A stretch of DNA of 64,000 bases from Eledone cirrhosa. Taxonomy: Eukaryota. The DNA is taken from contig OZ024741.1 of assembly GCA_964016885.1 (NCBI GenBank), positions 260,586,001 to 260,650,000 of the forward strand. The letters run 5' to 3'. Position 1 is the first letter of the stretch. Each line of letters begins with the position of its first letter. This document shows, one piece after another, positions 11,635-24,549 of this stretch. The notes below the pieces were generated by a model, which saw only the letters and a program-made list of their open reading frames with translations, searched no databases and was not told the DNA's origin. The translations under genes were made by a program, and so were the position numbers.

Positions 11635-14037
11635 GTTTCGCTTTACGAGTGTTTCGGCGTACGAGTGTTTCGACTTACGAGTGTTTTGACTTACGTGTGT
11701 TTCGGCTTACGAGTGTTTTGACTTACGAGTGTTTTGACTTACGGGTGTTTCGGCTTACGAATGTTTCGACTTACGAGTATTCTGACTTACGAGTGTTCCG
11801 ACTTACGAGCGTTCCGACTTACGAGTGTTTCGGCTTACGAGTGTTCCGACTTACGAGTGTTTCGACTTACGAGTGTTTTGACTTACGGTGTTTCGGCTTA
11901 CGAGTGTTTTGACTTACGAGTGTTTTGACTTACGGGTGTTTTGACATACGAGTGTTTCGATACGAGTGTTCTGACTTACGGGTGTTCTGACTTACGAGTG
12001 TTCTGACTTACGAGTGGTCTGACTTACGGGTGTTCTTACTTACGAGTGTTCCGACTTACGAGTGTTTCAGCTTATGAGTGTTTCGACTTACGAGTGCTTC
12101 GGTTTACGAGTGTTTCGACTTACGAGTGTTTCGGCAGACGAGTGTTTCGACTTACGAATGTTTTGGCTTACGAGTGTTCTGACTTACGAGTGTTCCGACT
12201 TACGACTGTTTCGACTTACGAGTGTTTCGACTTACGAGTATTCTGACTTACGAGTGTTTCGACTTACGAGTGTTTTGAATTACGATTGTTTCGGCTTACG
12301 AGTGTTTCGACTTACGAGTATTTCGACTTACGAGTTTTTTTTACTTACGGTGTTTCGGCTTACGAGTGTTTCGACTTACGAGTGTTTTGACTTACGGGTG
12401 TTTTGACATACGAGTGTTTCGATACGAGTGCTCTGACTTACGAGTGGTCTGACTTACGAGTGTTCTGACTTACGAGTGTTCTGACTTACGGGTGTTCTGA
12501 CTTACGTGTTCCGACTTACGAGTGTTTCGGTTATGGGTGTTTCGACTTACGAGTGTTTCGACTTACGAATGTTTTGGCTTACGAGTGTTTCGGCTTACGG
12601 GTGTTTCGACTTACGAGTGTTTCGACTTACGAGTGTTTTGACTTACGGTGTTTCGGCTTACGATTTATTAGACATACGAGTGTTTCGACTTACGGGTGTT
12701 TCGACTTACGGGTGTTTCGACTTACGAGTGTTTCGACTTATGAGTGTTTCGACTTACGAGTGTTCTGACTTACGAGTGTTCTGACTTACGAGTGTTCCGA
12801 CTTACGAGTGTTTCGGTTTACGAGTGTTTCGACATACGAGTGTTTTGACTTACGGGTGTTTCGACTTACGGGTGTTTCGACTTACGAGTGTTTCGGCTTA
12901 CGAGTGTTTCGACTTACTAATGTTTTTACTTACGACTGTTTCGGTGTACGAGTGTTTCGACTTAAGGATGTTTCGACTTGCGAGTGTTTCGACTTACGTG
13001 TGTTTCGACTTAAGAGTGTTCTGATTTATGAGTGTTCTGACTTACGGGTGTTCTGATTTACGAGTGTTCCGACTTACGAGTGTTTCGGCTTATGAGTGTT
13101 TCGACTTACGAGTGTTTCGGCTTACGAGTGTTTCGACTTATGGGTGTTTCGACTTACGAGTGTTTTTACTTACGGTGTTTCGGCTTACGAGTGTTTCGAC
13201 ATACGAGTGTTCAGACTTACGAGTGTTCCGACTTACGAGCGTTCCGACTTACAAGTGTTTCGATTACGAGTGTTAAGACTTACGGGTGTTTTGACATACG
13301 AGTGTTTCGATACGTGTGTTTCGACTTACGAGTGTTACGAGTGTTCTGACTTACGAGTGTTCTGACTTACGAGTGTTCTGACTTACGAGTGTTCTGACTT
13401 ACGAGTGTTCTGACTTACGAGCGTTCTGACTTACGAGTGTTCCGACTTACGAGTGTTTCGGCTTACGAGTGTTTCGACTTACGAGTGTTCTGACTTACGA
13501 GCGTTCCGACTTACGAGTGTTTCGGCATACAAGTGTTCCGACTTACGAGTGTTTCGACTTACGAGTGTTTTGACTTACGGTGTTTCTGCTTACGAGTGTT
13601 TCGACTTACGAGTGTTTTGACTTATGGTGTTTCGGCTTACGAGTGTTTCGACATACGAGTGTTTTGACTTACGGGGGTTTCGACTTACGGGTGTTTCGAC
13701 GTAAGAGTGTTTCGACTTACGAGCGCTTCGACTTACGAGTGTTTCGACTTACGAGTGTTTCGGCGTACGAGTGTTTTAACTTACGAGTGTTTCGACTTTA
13801 CGAGTGCTTTGACTTACGAATGTTTTGAATTACTTCGACTTACGAGTGATCTGACTTACGAGTGTTCCTACTTACGAGTGTTTCAGCTTATGAGTGTTTC
13901 GACTTACGAGTGCTTCGGTTTACGAGTGTTTCGACTTACGAGTGTTACAGCTTACGAGTGTTTCGACTTACGAATGTTTTGGCTTACGAGTGTTTCGGCT
14001 TACGAGTGTTTCGGCTTATGAGTGTTTCGGCTTACGA

Positions 14038-14106
14038 AAATAACAAGTAGACGCGGTTTCAAATATCTATGCTTTTCAAATTCATTACATTAATCTTTAT
14101 TTATAC
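14038..14106. repeat. 69-bp AT-rich island, copy 4 (type C)
   Basis: Identical to copy 3; the left-flank monomer is the GGCTTACGA variant. Confidence 0.95.
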
Positions 14107-17100
14107 GTTTCGCTTTACGAGTGTTTCGGCGTACGAGTGTTTCGACTTACGAGTGTTTTAACTTACGGTTGTTTCGACTTACGCGTTTTTCGACTACGAA
14201 TGTTCCGACTTACGAGTGTTTCGACTTACGAGTGCTTTGACTTACGAATGTTTTGACTTCGACTTACGAGTGATCTGACTTACGAGTGTTCCTACTTACG
14301 AGTGTTTCGACTTACGAGTGTTTCGACTTGCGAGTGTTTCGACTTACGAGTGTTTCGGCTTACGAGTGTTTCGGTGTTTCGGCTTACGTGTGTTTCGTCT
14401 TACGAGTGTTTCGACTTACGAGTGTTTCGGCTTATGAGTGTTTCGACTTACGAGTGCTTCGGCTTACGAGTGTTTCGACTTACGAGTATTTCGGCTTACG
14501 AGTGTTTCGACGTACGAATGTTTTGGCTTACGAGTGTTTCGGCTTATGAGTGTTTCGACTTACGAGTGTTTCGACTTACGAGTGTTTCGGCTTACGAGTG
14601 TTACGAGTGTTCTGACTTACGACTGTTTCGACTTACGAGTGTTCTGACCTACGAGTGTTCTGACTTACGAGTGATTCGACTTACGAGTGTTTTGACTTAC
14701 GGGTGTTTCGACTTACGGGTGTTGCGACTTACGAGTGTTTCGGCTTACGATTGTTTCGACTTACGATTGTTTGGGCTTACGAATGTTTCGACTTACGAGT
14801 GTTTTGACTTACGGGTGTTTTGACTTACGGGTGCTTTGACATACGAATGTTTCGATACGAGTGTTCTGACTTACGAGTGTTCTGACTTACGAGTGGTCTG
14901 ACTTACGGGTGTTCTGACTTACGAGTGTTCCGACTTACGAGTGTTTCAGCTTATGAGTGTTTCGACTTACGAGTGCTTCGGTTTACGAGTGTTTCGGCTT
15001 ACGAGTGTTTCGTCTTACGCGTGTTTCGACTTACGAATGTTTTGGCTTACGAGTGTTTCGGCTTACGAGTGTTTCGGCTTATGAGTGTTTCGACTTACGA
15101 GTGTTTTGACTTATGGTGTTTCGGCTTACGAGTGTTACGACATACGAATGTTTTGACTTACGGGTGTTTCGACTTACGGGTGTTTCGACGTAAGAGTGTT
15201 TCGACTTACGAGCGCTTCGACTTACGAGTGTTTCGACTTACGAGTGTTTCGGCGTACGAGTGTTTTGACTTACGAGTGTTTCGACTTACGAGTGCTTTGC
15301 CTTACGAATGTTTTGAATTACTTCGACTTACGAGTGATCTGACTTACGAGTGTTCCTACTTACGAGTGTTTCGACTTACGAGTGTTTCGACTTGCGAGTG
15401 TTTCGACTTACGAGTGTTTCGACTTACGAGTATTCTGACTTACGAGTGTTCTGATTTACGAGTGTTCTGACTTACGAGTGTTTCGACTTACGAGTGTTTC
15501 GACTTACGAGTGTTTTGACTTACGAATGTTCTGACTTACGGGTGTTTCGCCTTACGAGTGTTTCGACTTACGAGTGTTTTAACTTACGGGTGTTTCGACT
15601 TACGCGTGTTTCGACTTACGAGTGTTTCGACTTACGAGTGTTTCGACTTACGAATGTTCCGACTTACGAGTGTTTCTACTTACGAGTGTTTCGGCTTACG
15701 AGTGTTTTGACTTACGGTGTGTCTGCTTACGAGTGTTTCGACTTACGAGTGTTAAGACTTACGGGTGTTTTGACATACGAGTGTTTCGATACGAGTGTTT
15801 CGACTTACGAGTGTTACGAGTGTTCTGACTTACGAGTGTTTCGACTTACGATTGTTTTTTTCACTTACGGGTGTTTCGACTTACGCGTGTTTCGACTTAA
15901 GGATGTTTAGACTTGCGAGTGTTTCGACTTACGTGTGTTTCGGCTTACGTGAGTTTCGACTTAAGAGTGTTCTGATTTACGAGTGTTCTGACTTGCGGGT
16001 GTTCTGATTTACGAGTGTTCCGACTTACGAGTGTTTCGACTTACGAGTGTTTCGACTTACGGGTGTTCCGACTTACGAGTGTTTCGGCTTACGATTGATT
16101 CGACTTACGAGTGTTTCGACTTACGGGTATTTTGACTTACGATTATTTGGGCTTACGAATGTTTCGACTTACGAGTGTTTCGACTTACGAGTGTTTTGAC
16201 TTACGGTGTTTCGGCTTACGAGTGTTTTGACTTACGAGTGTTTTGACTTACGGGTGTTTTGACATACGAGTGTTTCGATACGAGTGTTCTGACTTACGAG
16301 TGTTCTGACTTACGAGTGTTCTGACTTACGAGTGGTCTGACTTACGGGTGTTCTGACTTACGAGTGTTCCGACTTACGAGTGTTTCAGCTTATGAGTGTT
16401 TCGACTTAAGAGTGCTTCGGTTTACGAGTGTTTCGACTTACGAGTGTTTCGGCTTACGAGTGTTTCGACTTACGAATGTTTTGGCTTACGAGTGTTTCGG
16501 CTTACGAGTGTTTCGGCTTATGAGTGTTTCGACTTACGAGTGTTTTGACTTATGGTGTTTCGGCTTACGAGTGTTTCGACATACGAGTGTTTTGACTTAC
16601 GGGGGTTTCGACTTACGGGTGTTTCGACGTAAGAGTGTTTCGACTTACGAGCGCTTCGACTTACGAGTGTTTCGACTTACGAGTGTTTCGGCGTACGAGT
16701 GTTTTAACTTACGAGTGTTTCGACTTACGAGTGCTTTGACTTACGAATGTTTTGAATTACTTCGACTTACGAGTGATCTGACTTACGAGTGTTCCTACTT
16801 ACGAGTGTTTCGACTTACGAGTGTTTCGACTTGCGAGTGTTTCGACTTACGAGTGTTTTGACTTACGAGTGTTCTGACTTACGAGTGTTCTGACTTACGA
16901 GTGTTCTGACTTACGAGTGTTCCGACTTACGAGTGTTTCGACTTACGAGTGTTTTGACTTACGAATGTTCTGACTTACGGGTGTTTCGCCTTACGAGTGT
17001 TTCGGCTTACGAGTGTTTTAACTTACGGGTGTTTCGACTTACGCGTGTTTCGACTTACGCGTGTTTCGACTTACGAGTGTTTCGACTTACGAATGTTCCG

Positions 17101-17156
17101 ACTTACGAGTGTTTCTACTTACGAGTGTTTCGGCTTACGAGTGTTTCGACTTACGA

Positions 17157-17225
17157 AAATAACAAGTAGACGCGGTTTCAAATATCTATGCTTTTCAAAT
17201 TCATTACATTAATCTTTATTTATAC
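17157..17225. repeat. 69-bp AT-rich island, copy 5 (type C)
   Basis: Identical to copy 3. Confidence 0.95.
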
Positions 17226-18809
17226 GTTTCGCTTTACGAGTGTTTCGGCGTACGAGTGTTTCGACTTACGAGTGTTTTAACTTACGGTGTTTCGACTTAC
17301 GCGTTTTTCGACTACGAATGTTCCGACTTACGAGTGTTTCGACTTACGAGTGCTTTGACTTACGAATGTTTTGACTTCGACTTACGAGTGATCTGACTTA
17401 CGAGTGTTCCTACTTACGAGTGTTTCGACTTACGAGTGTTTCGACTTGCGAGTGTTTCGACTTACGAGTGTTTCGGCTTACGAGTGTTTCGGTGTTTCGG
17501 CTTACGTGTGTTTCATCTTACGAGTGTTTCGACTTACGAGTGTTTCGGCTTATGAGTGTTTCGACTTACGAGTGCTTCGGCTTACGAGTGTTTCGACTTA
17601 CGAGTATTTCGGCTTACGAGTGTTTCGACGTACGAATGTTTTGGCTTATGAGTGTTTCGGCTTATGAGTGTTTCGACATACGAGTGTTTCGACTTACGAG
17701 TGTTTTGGCTTACGAGTGTTACGAGTGTTCTGACTTACGAGTGTTTCGACTTACGAGTGTTCTGACCTACGAGTGTTCTGACTTACGAGTGTTTCGACTT
17801 ACGAGTGTTTCGGTTTACGAGTGTTTCGACTTACGGGTGTTTTGACTTACGATTGTTTGGGCTTACGAATGTTTCGACTTACGAGTGTTTTGACTTACGG
17901 GTGTTTTGACTTACGGGTGTTTTGACATACGAGTGTTTTGTCTTACGAGTGTTTTGACTTACGGGTGTTTTGACATACGAGTGTTTCGATACGAGTGTTC
18001 TGACTTACGAGTGTTCTGACTTACGAGTGTTCTGACTTACGAGTGTTCTGACTTACGATTGGTCTGACTTACGGGTGTTCTGACTTACGAGTGTTCCGAC
18101 TTACGAGTGTTTCAGCTTATGAGTGTTTCGACTTACGAGTGCTTCGGTTTACGAGTGTTTCGACTTACGAGTGTTTCGGCTTACGAGTGTTTCGACTTAC
18201 GAATGTTTTGGCTTACGAGTGTTTCGGCTTACGAGTGTTTCGGCTTATGAGTGTTTCGACTTACGAGTGTTTTGACTTGTGGTGTTTCGGCTTACGAGTG
18301 TTTCGACATACGAGTGTTTTGACTTACGGGGGTTTCGACTTACGGGTGTTTCGACGTAAGAGTGTTTCGACTTACGAGCGCTTCGACTTACGAGTGTTTC
18401 GACTTACGGGTGTTTCGGCGTACGAGTGTTTTAACTTACGAGTGTTTCGACTTACGAGTGATCTGACTTACGAGTGTTCCTACTTACGAGTGTTTCGACT
18501 TACGAGTGTTTCGACTTGCGAGTGTTTCGACTTACGAGTGTTTCGACTTACGAGTGTTCTGACTTACGAGTGTTCTGACTTACGAGTGTTCTGACTTACG
18601 AGTGTTCCGACTTACGAGTGTTTCGACTTACGAGTGTTTTGACTTACGAATGTTCTGACTTACGGGTGTTTCGCCTTACGAGTGTTTCGACTTACGTGTG
18701 TTTTAACTTACGGGTGTTTCGACTTACGCGTGTTTCGACTTACAAGTGTTCCGACTTACGAGTGTTTCTACTTACGAGTGTTTCGGCTTACGAGTGTTTC
18801 GACTTACGA

Positions 18810-18878
18810 AAATAACAAGTAGACGCGGTTTCAAATATCTATGCTTTTCAAATTCATTACATTAATCTTTATTTATAC
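18810..18878. repeat. 69-bp AT-rich island, copy 6 (type C)
   Basis: Identical to copy 3. Confidence 0.95.
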
Positions 18879-19140
18879 GTTTCGCTTTACGAGTGTTTCG
18901 GCGTACGAGTGTTTCGACTTACGAGTGTTTTAACTTACGGTTGTTTCGACTTACGCGTTTTTCGACTACGAATGTTCCGACTTACGAGTGTTTCGACTTA
19001 CGAGTGCTTTGACTTACGAATGTTTTGACTTCGACTTACGAGTGATCTGACTTACGAGTGTTCCTACTTACGAGTGTTTCGACTTACGAGTGTTTCGACT
19101 TGCGAGTGTTTCGACTTACGAGTGTTTCGGCTTACGAGTA

Positions 19141-22100
19141 TTTCGGTGTTTCGGCTTACGTGTGTTTCGTCTTACGAGTGTTTCGACTTACGAGTGTTTC
19201 GGCTTATGAGTGTTTCGACTTACGAGTGCTTCGGCTTACGAGTGTTTCGACTTACGAGTATTTCGGCTTACGAGTGTTTCGACGTACGAATGTTTTGGCT
19301 TACGAGTGTTTCGGCTTATGAGTGTTTCGACTTACGAGTGTTTCGACTTACGAGTGTTTCGGCTTACGAGTGTTACGAGTGTTCTGACTTACGACTGTTT
19401 CGACTTACGAGTGTTCTGACCTACGAGTGTTCTGACTTACGAGTGTTTCGACTTACGAGTGTTTTGACTTACGGGTGTTTCGACTTACGGGTGTTCCGAC
19501 TTACGAGTGTTTCGGCTTACGATTGTTTCGACTTACGAGTGTTTCGGTTTACGAGTGTTTCGACTTACGGGTGTTTTGACTTACGATTGTTTGGGCTTAC
19601 GAATGTTTCGACTTACGAGTGTTTTGACTTACGGGTGTTTTGACTTACGGGTGTTTTGACATACGAGTGTTTCGATACGAGTGTTCTGACTTACGAGTGT
19701 TCTGACTTACGAGTGGTCTGACTTACGGGTGTTCTGACTTACGAGTGTTCCGACTTACGAGTGTTTCAGCTTATGAGTGTTTCGACTTACGAGTGCTTCG
19801 GTTTACGAGTGTTTCGACTTACGAGTGTTTTGTCTTACGCGTGTTTCGACTTACGAATGTTTTGGCTTACGAGTGTTTCGGCTTACGAGTGTTTCGGCTT
19901 ATGAGTGTTTCGACTTACGAGTGTTTTGACTTATGGTGTTTCGGCTTACGAGTGTTTCGACATACGAGTGTTTTGACTTACGGGTGTTTCGACTTACGGG
20001 TGTTTCGACGTAAGAGTGTTTCGACTTACGAGCGCTTCGACTTACGAGTGTTTCGACTTACGAGTGCTTTGCCTTACGAATGTTTTGAATTACTTCGACT
20101 TACGAGTGATCTGACTTACGAGTGTTCCTACTTACGAGTGTTTCGACTTACGAGTGTTTCGACTTGCGAGTGTTTCGACTTACGAGTGTTTCGACTTACG
20201 AGTATTCTGACTTACGAGTGTTCTGATTTACGAGTGTTCTGACTTACGAGTGTTTCGACTTACGAGTGTTTCGACTTACGAGTGTTTTGACTTACGAATG
20301 TTCTGACTTACGGGTGTTTCGCCTTACGAGTGTTTCGACTTACGAGTGTTTTAACTTACGGGTGTTTCGACTTACGCGTGTTTCGACTTACGAGTGTTTC
20401 GACTTACGAGTGTTTCGACTTACGAATGTTCCGACTTAAGAGTGTTTCGGCTTACGAGTGTTTCGACTTACGCGTTTTTCGACTACGAATGTTCCGACTT
20501 ACGAGTGTTTCGACTTACGAGTGTTTCGACTTACGAGTGCTTTGACTTACGAATGTTTTGACTTACTTCGACTTACGAGTGATCTGACTTACGAGTGTTC
20601 CTACTTACGAGTGTTTCGACTTACGAGTGTTTCGACTTGCGAGTGTTTCGACTTACGAGTGTTTCTGCTTACGAGTGTTTCGGTGTTTCGGCTTACGTGT
20701 GTTTCGACTTACGAGTGTTTCGACTTACGAGTGTTTCGGCTTATTAGTGTTTCGACTTACGAGTGCTTCGGCTTACGAGTGTTTCGACTTACGAGTATTT
20801 CGGCTTACGAGTGTTTCGACGTACGAATGTTTTGGCTTACGAGTGTTTCGGCTTATGAGTGTTTCGGCTTACGAGTGTTTCGACTTACGAGTGTTTCGGC
20901 TTACGAGTGTTTTAGTGTTTCGGCTTACGTGTGGTTCGACTTACGAGTGTTTCGACTTACGACTGTTTCGGCTTACGAGTGTTTCGGCTTACGAGTGTTT
21001 CGGCTTACGAGTGTTTTGACTTACGAGTGTTTTGACTTACGATTGTTTGGCTTACGAGTGTTCTGACTTACGGGTGTTCTGACTTACGAGTGTTCCGACT
21101 TACGAGTGTTTCGGCTTATGAGGGTTTCGACTTACGAGTGCTTCGGCTTACGAGTGTTTCGACTTACGAGTGTTTCGGCTTACGAGTGTTTCGACTTACG
21201 AGTGTTTCGACTTACGAGTGTTTTGACTTACGGTGTTTCGGCTTACGAGTGTTTCGACATACGAGTGTTTTGACGTACGGGTGTTTCGACTTACGGGTCT
21301 TTCGACTTAAGAGTGTTTCGACTTACGAGCGATTCGACTTACGAGTGTTTCGACTTACGAGTGTTTCGGTGTTTCGGCTTACGTGTGTTTCGTCTTACGA
21401 GTGTTTCGACTTACGAGTGTTTCGGCTTATGAGTGTTTCGACTTACGAGTGCTTCGGCTTACGAGTGTTTCGACTTACGAGTATTTCGGCTTACGAGTGT
21501 TTCGACGTACGAATGTTTTGGCTTACGAGTGTTTCGGCTTATGAGTGTTTCGACTTACGAGTGTTTCGACTTACGAGTGTTTCGGCTTACGAGTGTTACG
21601 AGTGTTCTGACTTACGACTGTTTCGACTTACGAGTGTTCTGACCTACGAGTGTTCTGACTTACGAGTGTTTCGACTTACGAGTGTTTTGACTTACGGGTG
21701 TTTCGACTTACGGGTGTTCCGACTTACGAGTGTTTCGGCTTACGATTGTTTCGACTTACGAGTGTTTCGGTTTACGAGTGTTTCGACTTACGGGTGTTTT
21801 GACTTACGATTGTTTGGGCTTACGAATGTTTCGACTTACGAGTGTTTTGACTTACGGGTGTTTTGACTTACGGGTGTTTTGACATACGAGTGTTTCGATA
21901 CGAGTGTTCTGACTTACGAGTGTTCTGACTTACGAGTGGTCTGACTTACGGGTGTTCTGACTTACGAGTGTTCCGACTTACGAGTGTTTCAGCTTATGAG
22001 TGTTTCGACTTACGAGTGCTTCGGTTTACGAGTGTTTCGACTTACGAGTGTTTTGTCTTACGCGTGTTTCGACTTACGAATGTTTTGGCTTACGAGTGTT

Positions 22101-24500
22101 TCGGCTTACGAGTGTTTCGGCTTATGAGTGTTTCGACTTACGAGTGTTTTGACTTATGGTGTTTCGGCTTACGAGTGTTTCGACATACGAGTGTTTTGAC
22201 TTACGGGTGTTTCGACTTACGGGTGTTTCGACGTAAGAGTGTTTCGACTTACGAGCGCTTCGACTTACGAGTGTTTCGACTTACGAGTGCTTTGCCTTAC
22301 GAATGTTTTGAATTACTTCGACTTACGAGTGATCTGACTTACGAGTGTTCCTACTTACGAGTGTTTCGACTTACGAGTGTTTCGACTTGCGAGTGTTTCA
22401 ACTTACGAGTGTTTCGACTTACGAGTATTCTGACTTACGAGTGTTCTGATTTACGAGTGTTCTGACTTACGAGTGTTTCGACTTACGAGTGTTTCGACTT
22501 ACGAGTGTTTTGACTTACGAATGTTCTGACTTACGGGTGTTTCGCCTTACGAGTGTTTCGACTTACGAGTGTTTTAACTTACGGGTGTTTCGACTTACGC
22601 GTGTTTCGACTTACGAGTGTTTCGACTTACGAGTGTTTCGACTTACGAATGTTCCGACTTAAGAGTGTTTCGGCTTACGAGTGTTTCGACTTAATCGTTT
22701 TTCGACTACGAATGTTCCGACTTACGAGTGTTTCGACTTACGAGTGTTTCGACTTACGAGTGCTTTGACTTACGAATGTTTTGACTTACTTCGACTTACG
22801 AGTGATCTGACTTACGAGTGTTCCTACTTACGAGTGTTTCGACTTACGAGTGTTTCGACTTGCGAGTGTTTCGACTTACGAGTGTTTCTGCTTACGAGTG
22901 TTTCGGTGTTTCGGCTTACGTGTGTTTCGACTTACGAGTGTTTCGACTTACGAGTGTTTCGGCTTATTAGTGTTTCGACTTACGAGTGCTTCGGCTTACG
23001 AGTGTTTCGACTTACGAGTATTTCGGCTTACGAGTGTTTCGACGTACGAATGTTTTGGCTTACGAGTGTTTCGGCTTATGAGTGTTTCGGCTTACGAGTG
23101 TTTCGACTTACGAGTGTTTCGGCTTACGAGTGTTTTAGTGTTTCGGCTTACGTGTGGTTCGACTTACGAGTGTTTCGACTTACGACTGTTTCGGCTTACG
23201 AGTGTTTCGGCTTACGAGTGTTTCGGCTTACGAGTGTTTTGACTTACGAGTGTTTTGACTTACGATTGTTTGGCTTACGAGTGTTCTGACTTACGGGTGT
23301 TCTGACTTACGAGTGTTCCGACTTACGAGTGTTTCGGCTTATGAGGGTTTCGACTTACGAGTGCTTCGGCTTACGAGTGTTTCGACTTACGAGTGTTTCG
23401 GCTTACGAGTGTTTCGACTTACGAGTGTTTCGACTTACGAGTGTTTTGACTTACGGTGTTTCGGCTTACGAGTGTTTCGACATACGAGTGTTTTGACGTA
23501 CGGGTGTTTCGACTTACGGGTCTTTCGACTTAAGAGTGTTTCGACTTACGAGCGATTCGACTTACGAGTGTTTCGACTTACGAGTGTTTCGGTGTTTCGG
23601 CTTACGTGTGTTTCGTCTTACGAGTGTTTCGACTTACGAGTGTTTCGGCTTATGAGTGTTTCGACTTACGAGTGCTTCGGCTTACGAGTGTTTCGACTTA
23701 CGAGTATTTCGGCTTACGAGTGTTTCGACGTACGAATGTTTTGGCTTACGAGTGTTTCGGCTTATGAGTGTTTCGACTTACGAGTGTTTCGACTTACGAG
23801 TGTTTCGGCTTACGAGTGTTACGAGTGTTCTGACTTACGACTGTTTCGACTTACGAGTGTTCTGACCTACGAGTGTTCTGACTTACGAGTGTTTCGACTT
23901 ACGAGTGTTTTGACTTACGGGTGTTTCGACTTACGGGTGTTCCGACTTACGAGTGTTTCGGCTTACGATTGTTTCGACTTACGAGTGTTTCGGTTTACGA
24001 GTGTTTCGACTTACGGGTGTTTTGACTTACGATTGTTTGGGCTTACGAATGTTTCGACTTACGAGTGTTTTGACTTACGGGTGTTTTGACTTACGGGTGT
24101 TTTGACATACGAGTGTTTCGATACGAGTGTTCTCACTTACGAGTGTTCTGACTTACGAGTGGTCTGACTTACGGGTGTTCTGACTTACGAGTGTTCCGAC
24201 TTACGAGTGTTTCAGCTTATGAGTGTTTCGACTTACGAGTGATTCGGTTTACGAGTGTTTCGACTTACGAGTGTTTCGTCTTACGCGTGTTTCGACTTAC
24301 GAATGTTTTGGCTTACGAGTGTTTCGGCTTACGAGTGTTTCGTCTTATGAGTGTTTCGACTTACGAGTGTTTTGACTTATGGTGTTTCGGCTTACGAGTG
24401 TTTCGACATACGAGTGTTTTGACTTACGGGTGTTTCGACTTACGGGTGTTTCGACGTAAGAGTGTTTCGACTTACGAGCGCTTCGACTTACGAGTGTTTC
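19141..24500 (+). repeat. 2,223-bp higher-order repeat, about 2.4 copies
   Basis: Matching ORF translations start at 19210/21433/23656, 19745/21968/24191, 20458/22681 and 21090/23313, each a step of exactly 2223. Confidence 0.9.
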
Positions 24501-24549
24501 GACTTACGAGTGTTTCGGCGTACGAGTGTTTTGACTTACGAGTGTTTCG

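Larger units (their letters stand above)
13600..19700 (+). repeat. Block of imperfect 1.65-3.1 kb repeats, each carrying a type C island
   Basis: Island spacings are 3119 and 1653 bp. Near-identical 87-aa ORF translations start at 14286, 17404 and 19058. The rare marker TACGGGGGTTTC occurs near 13670, 16600 and 18325. Confidence 0.75.
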
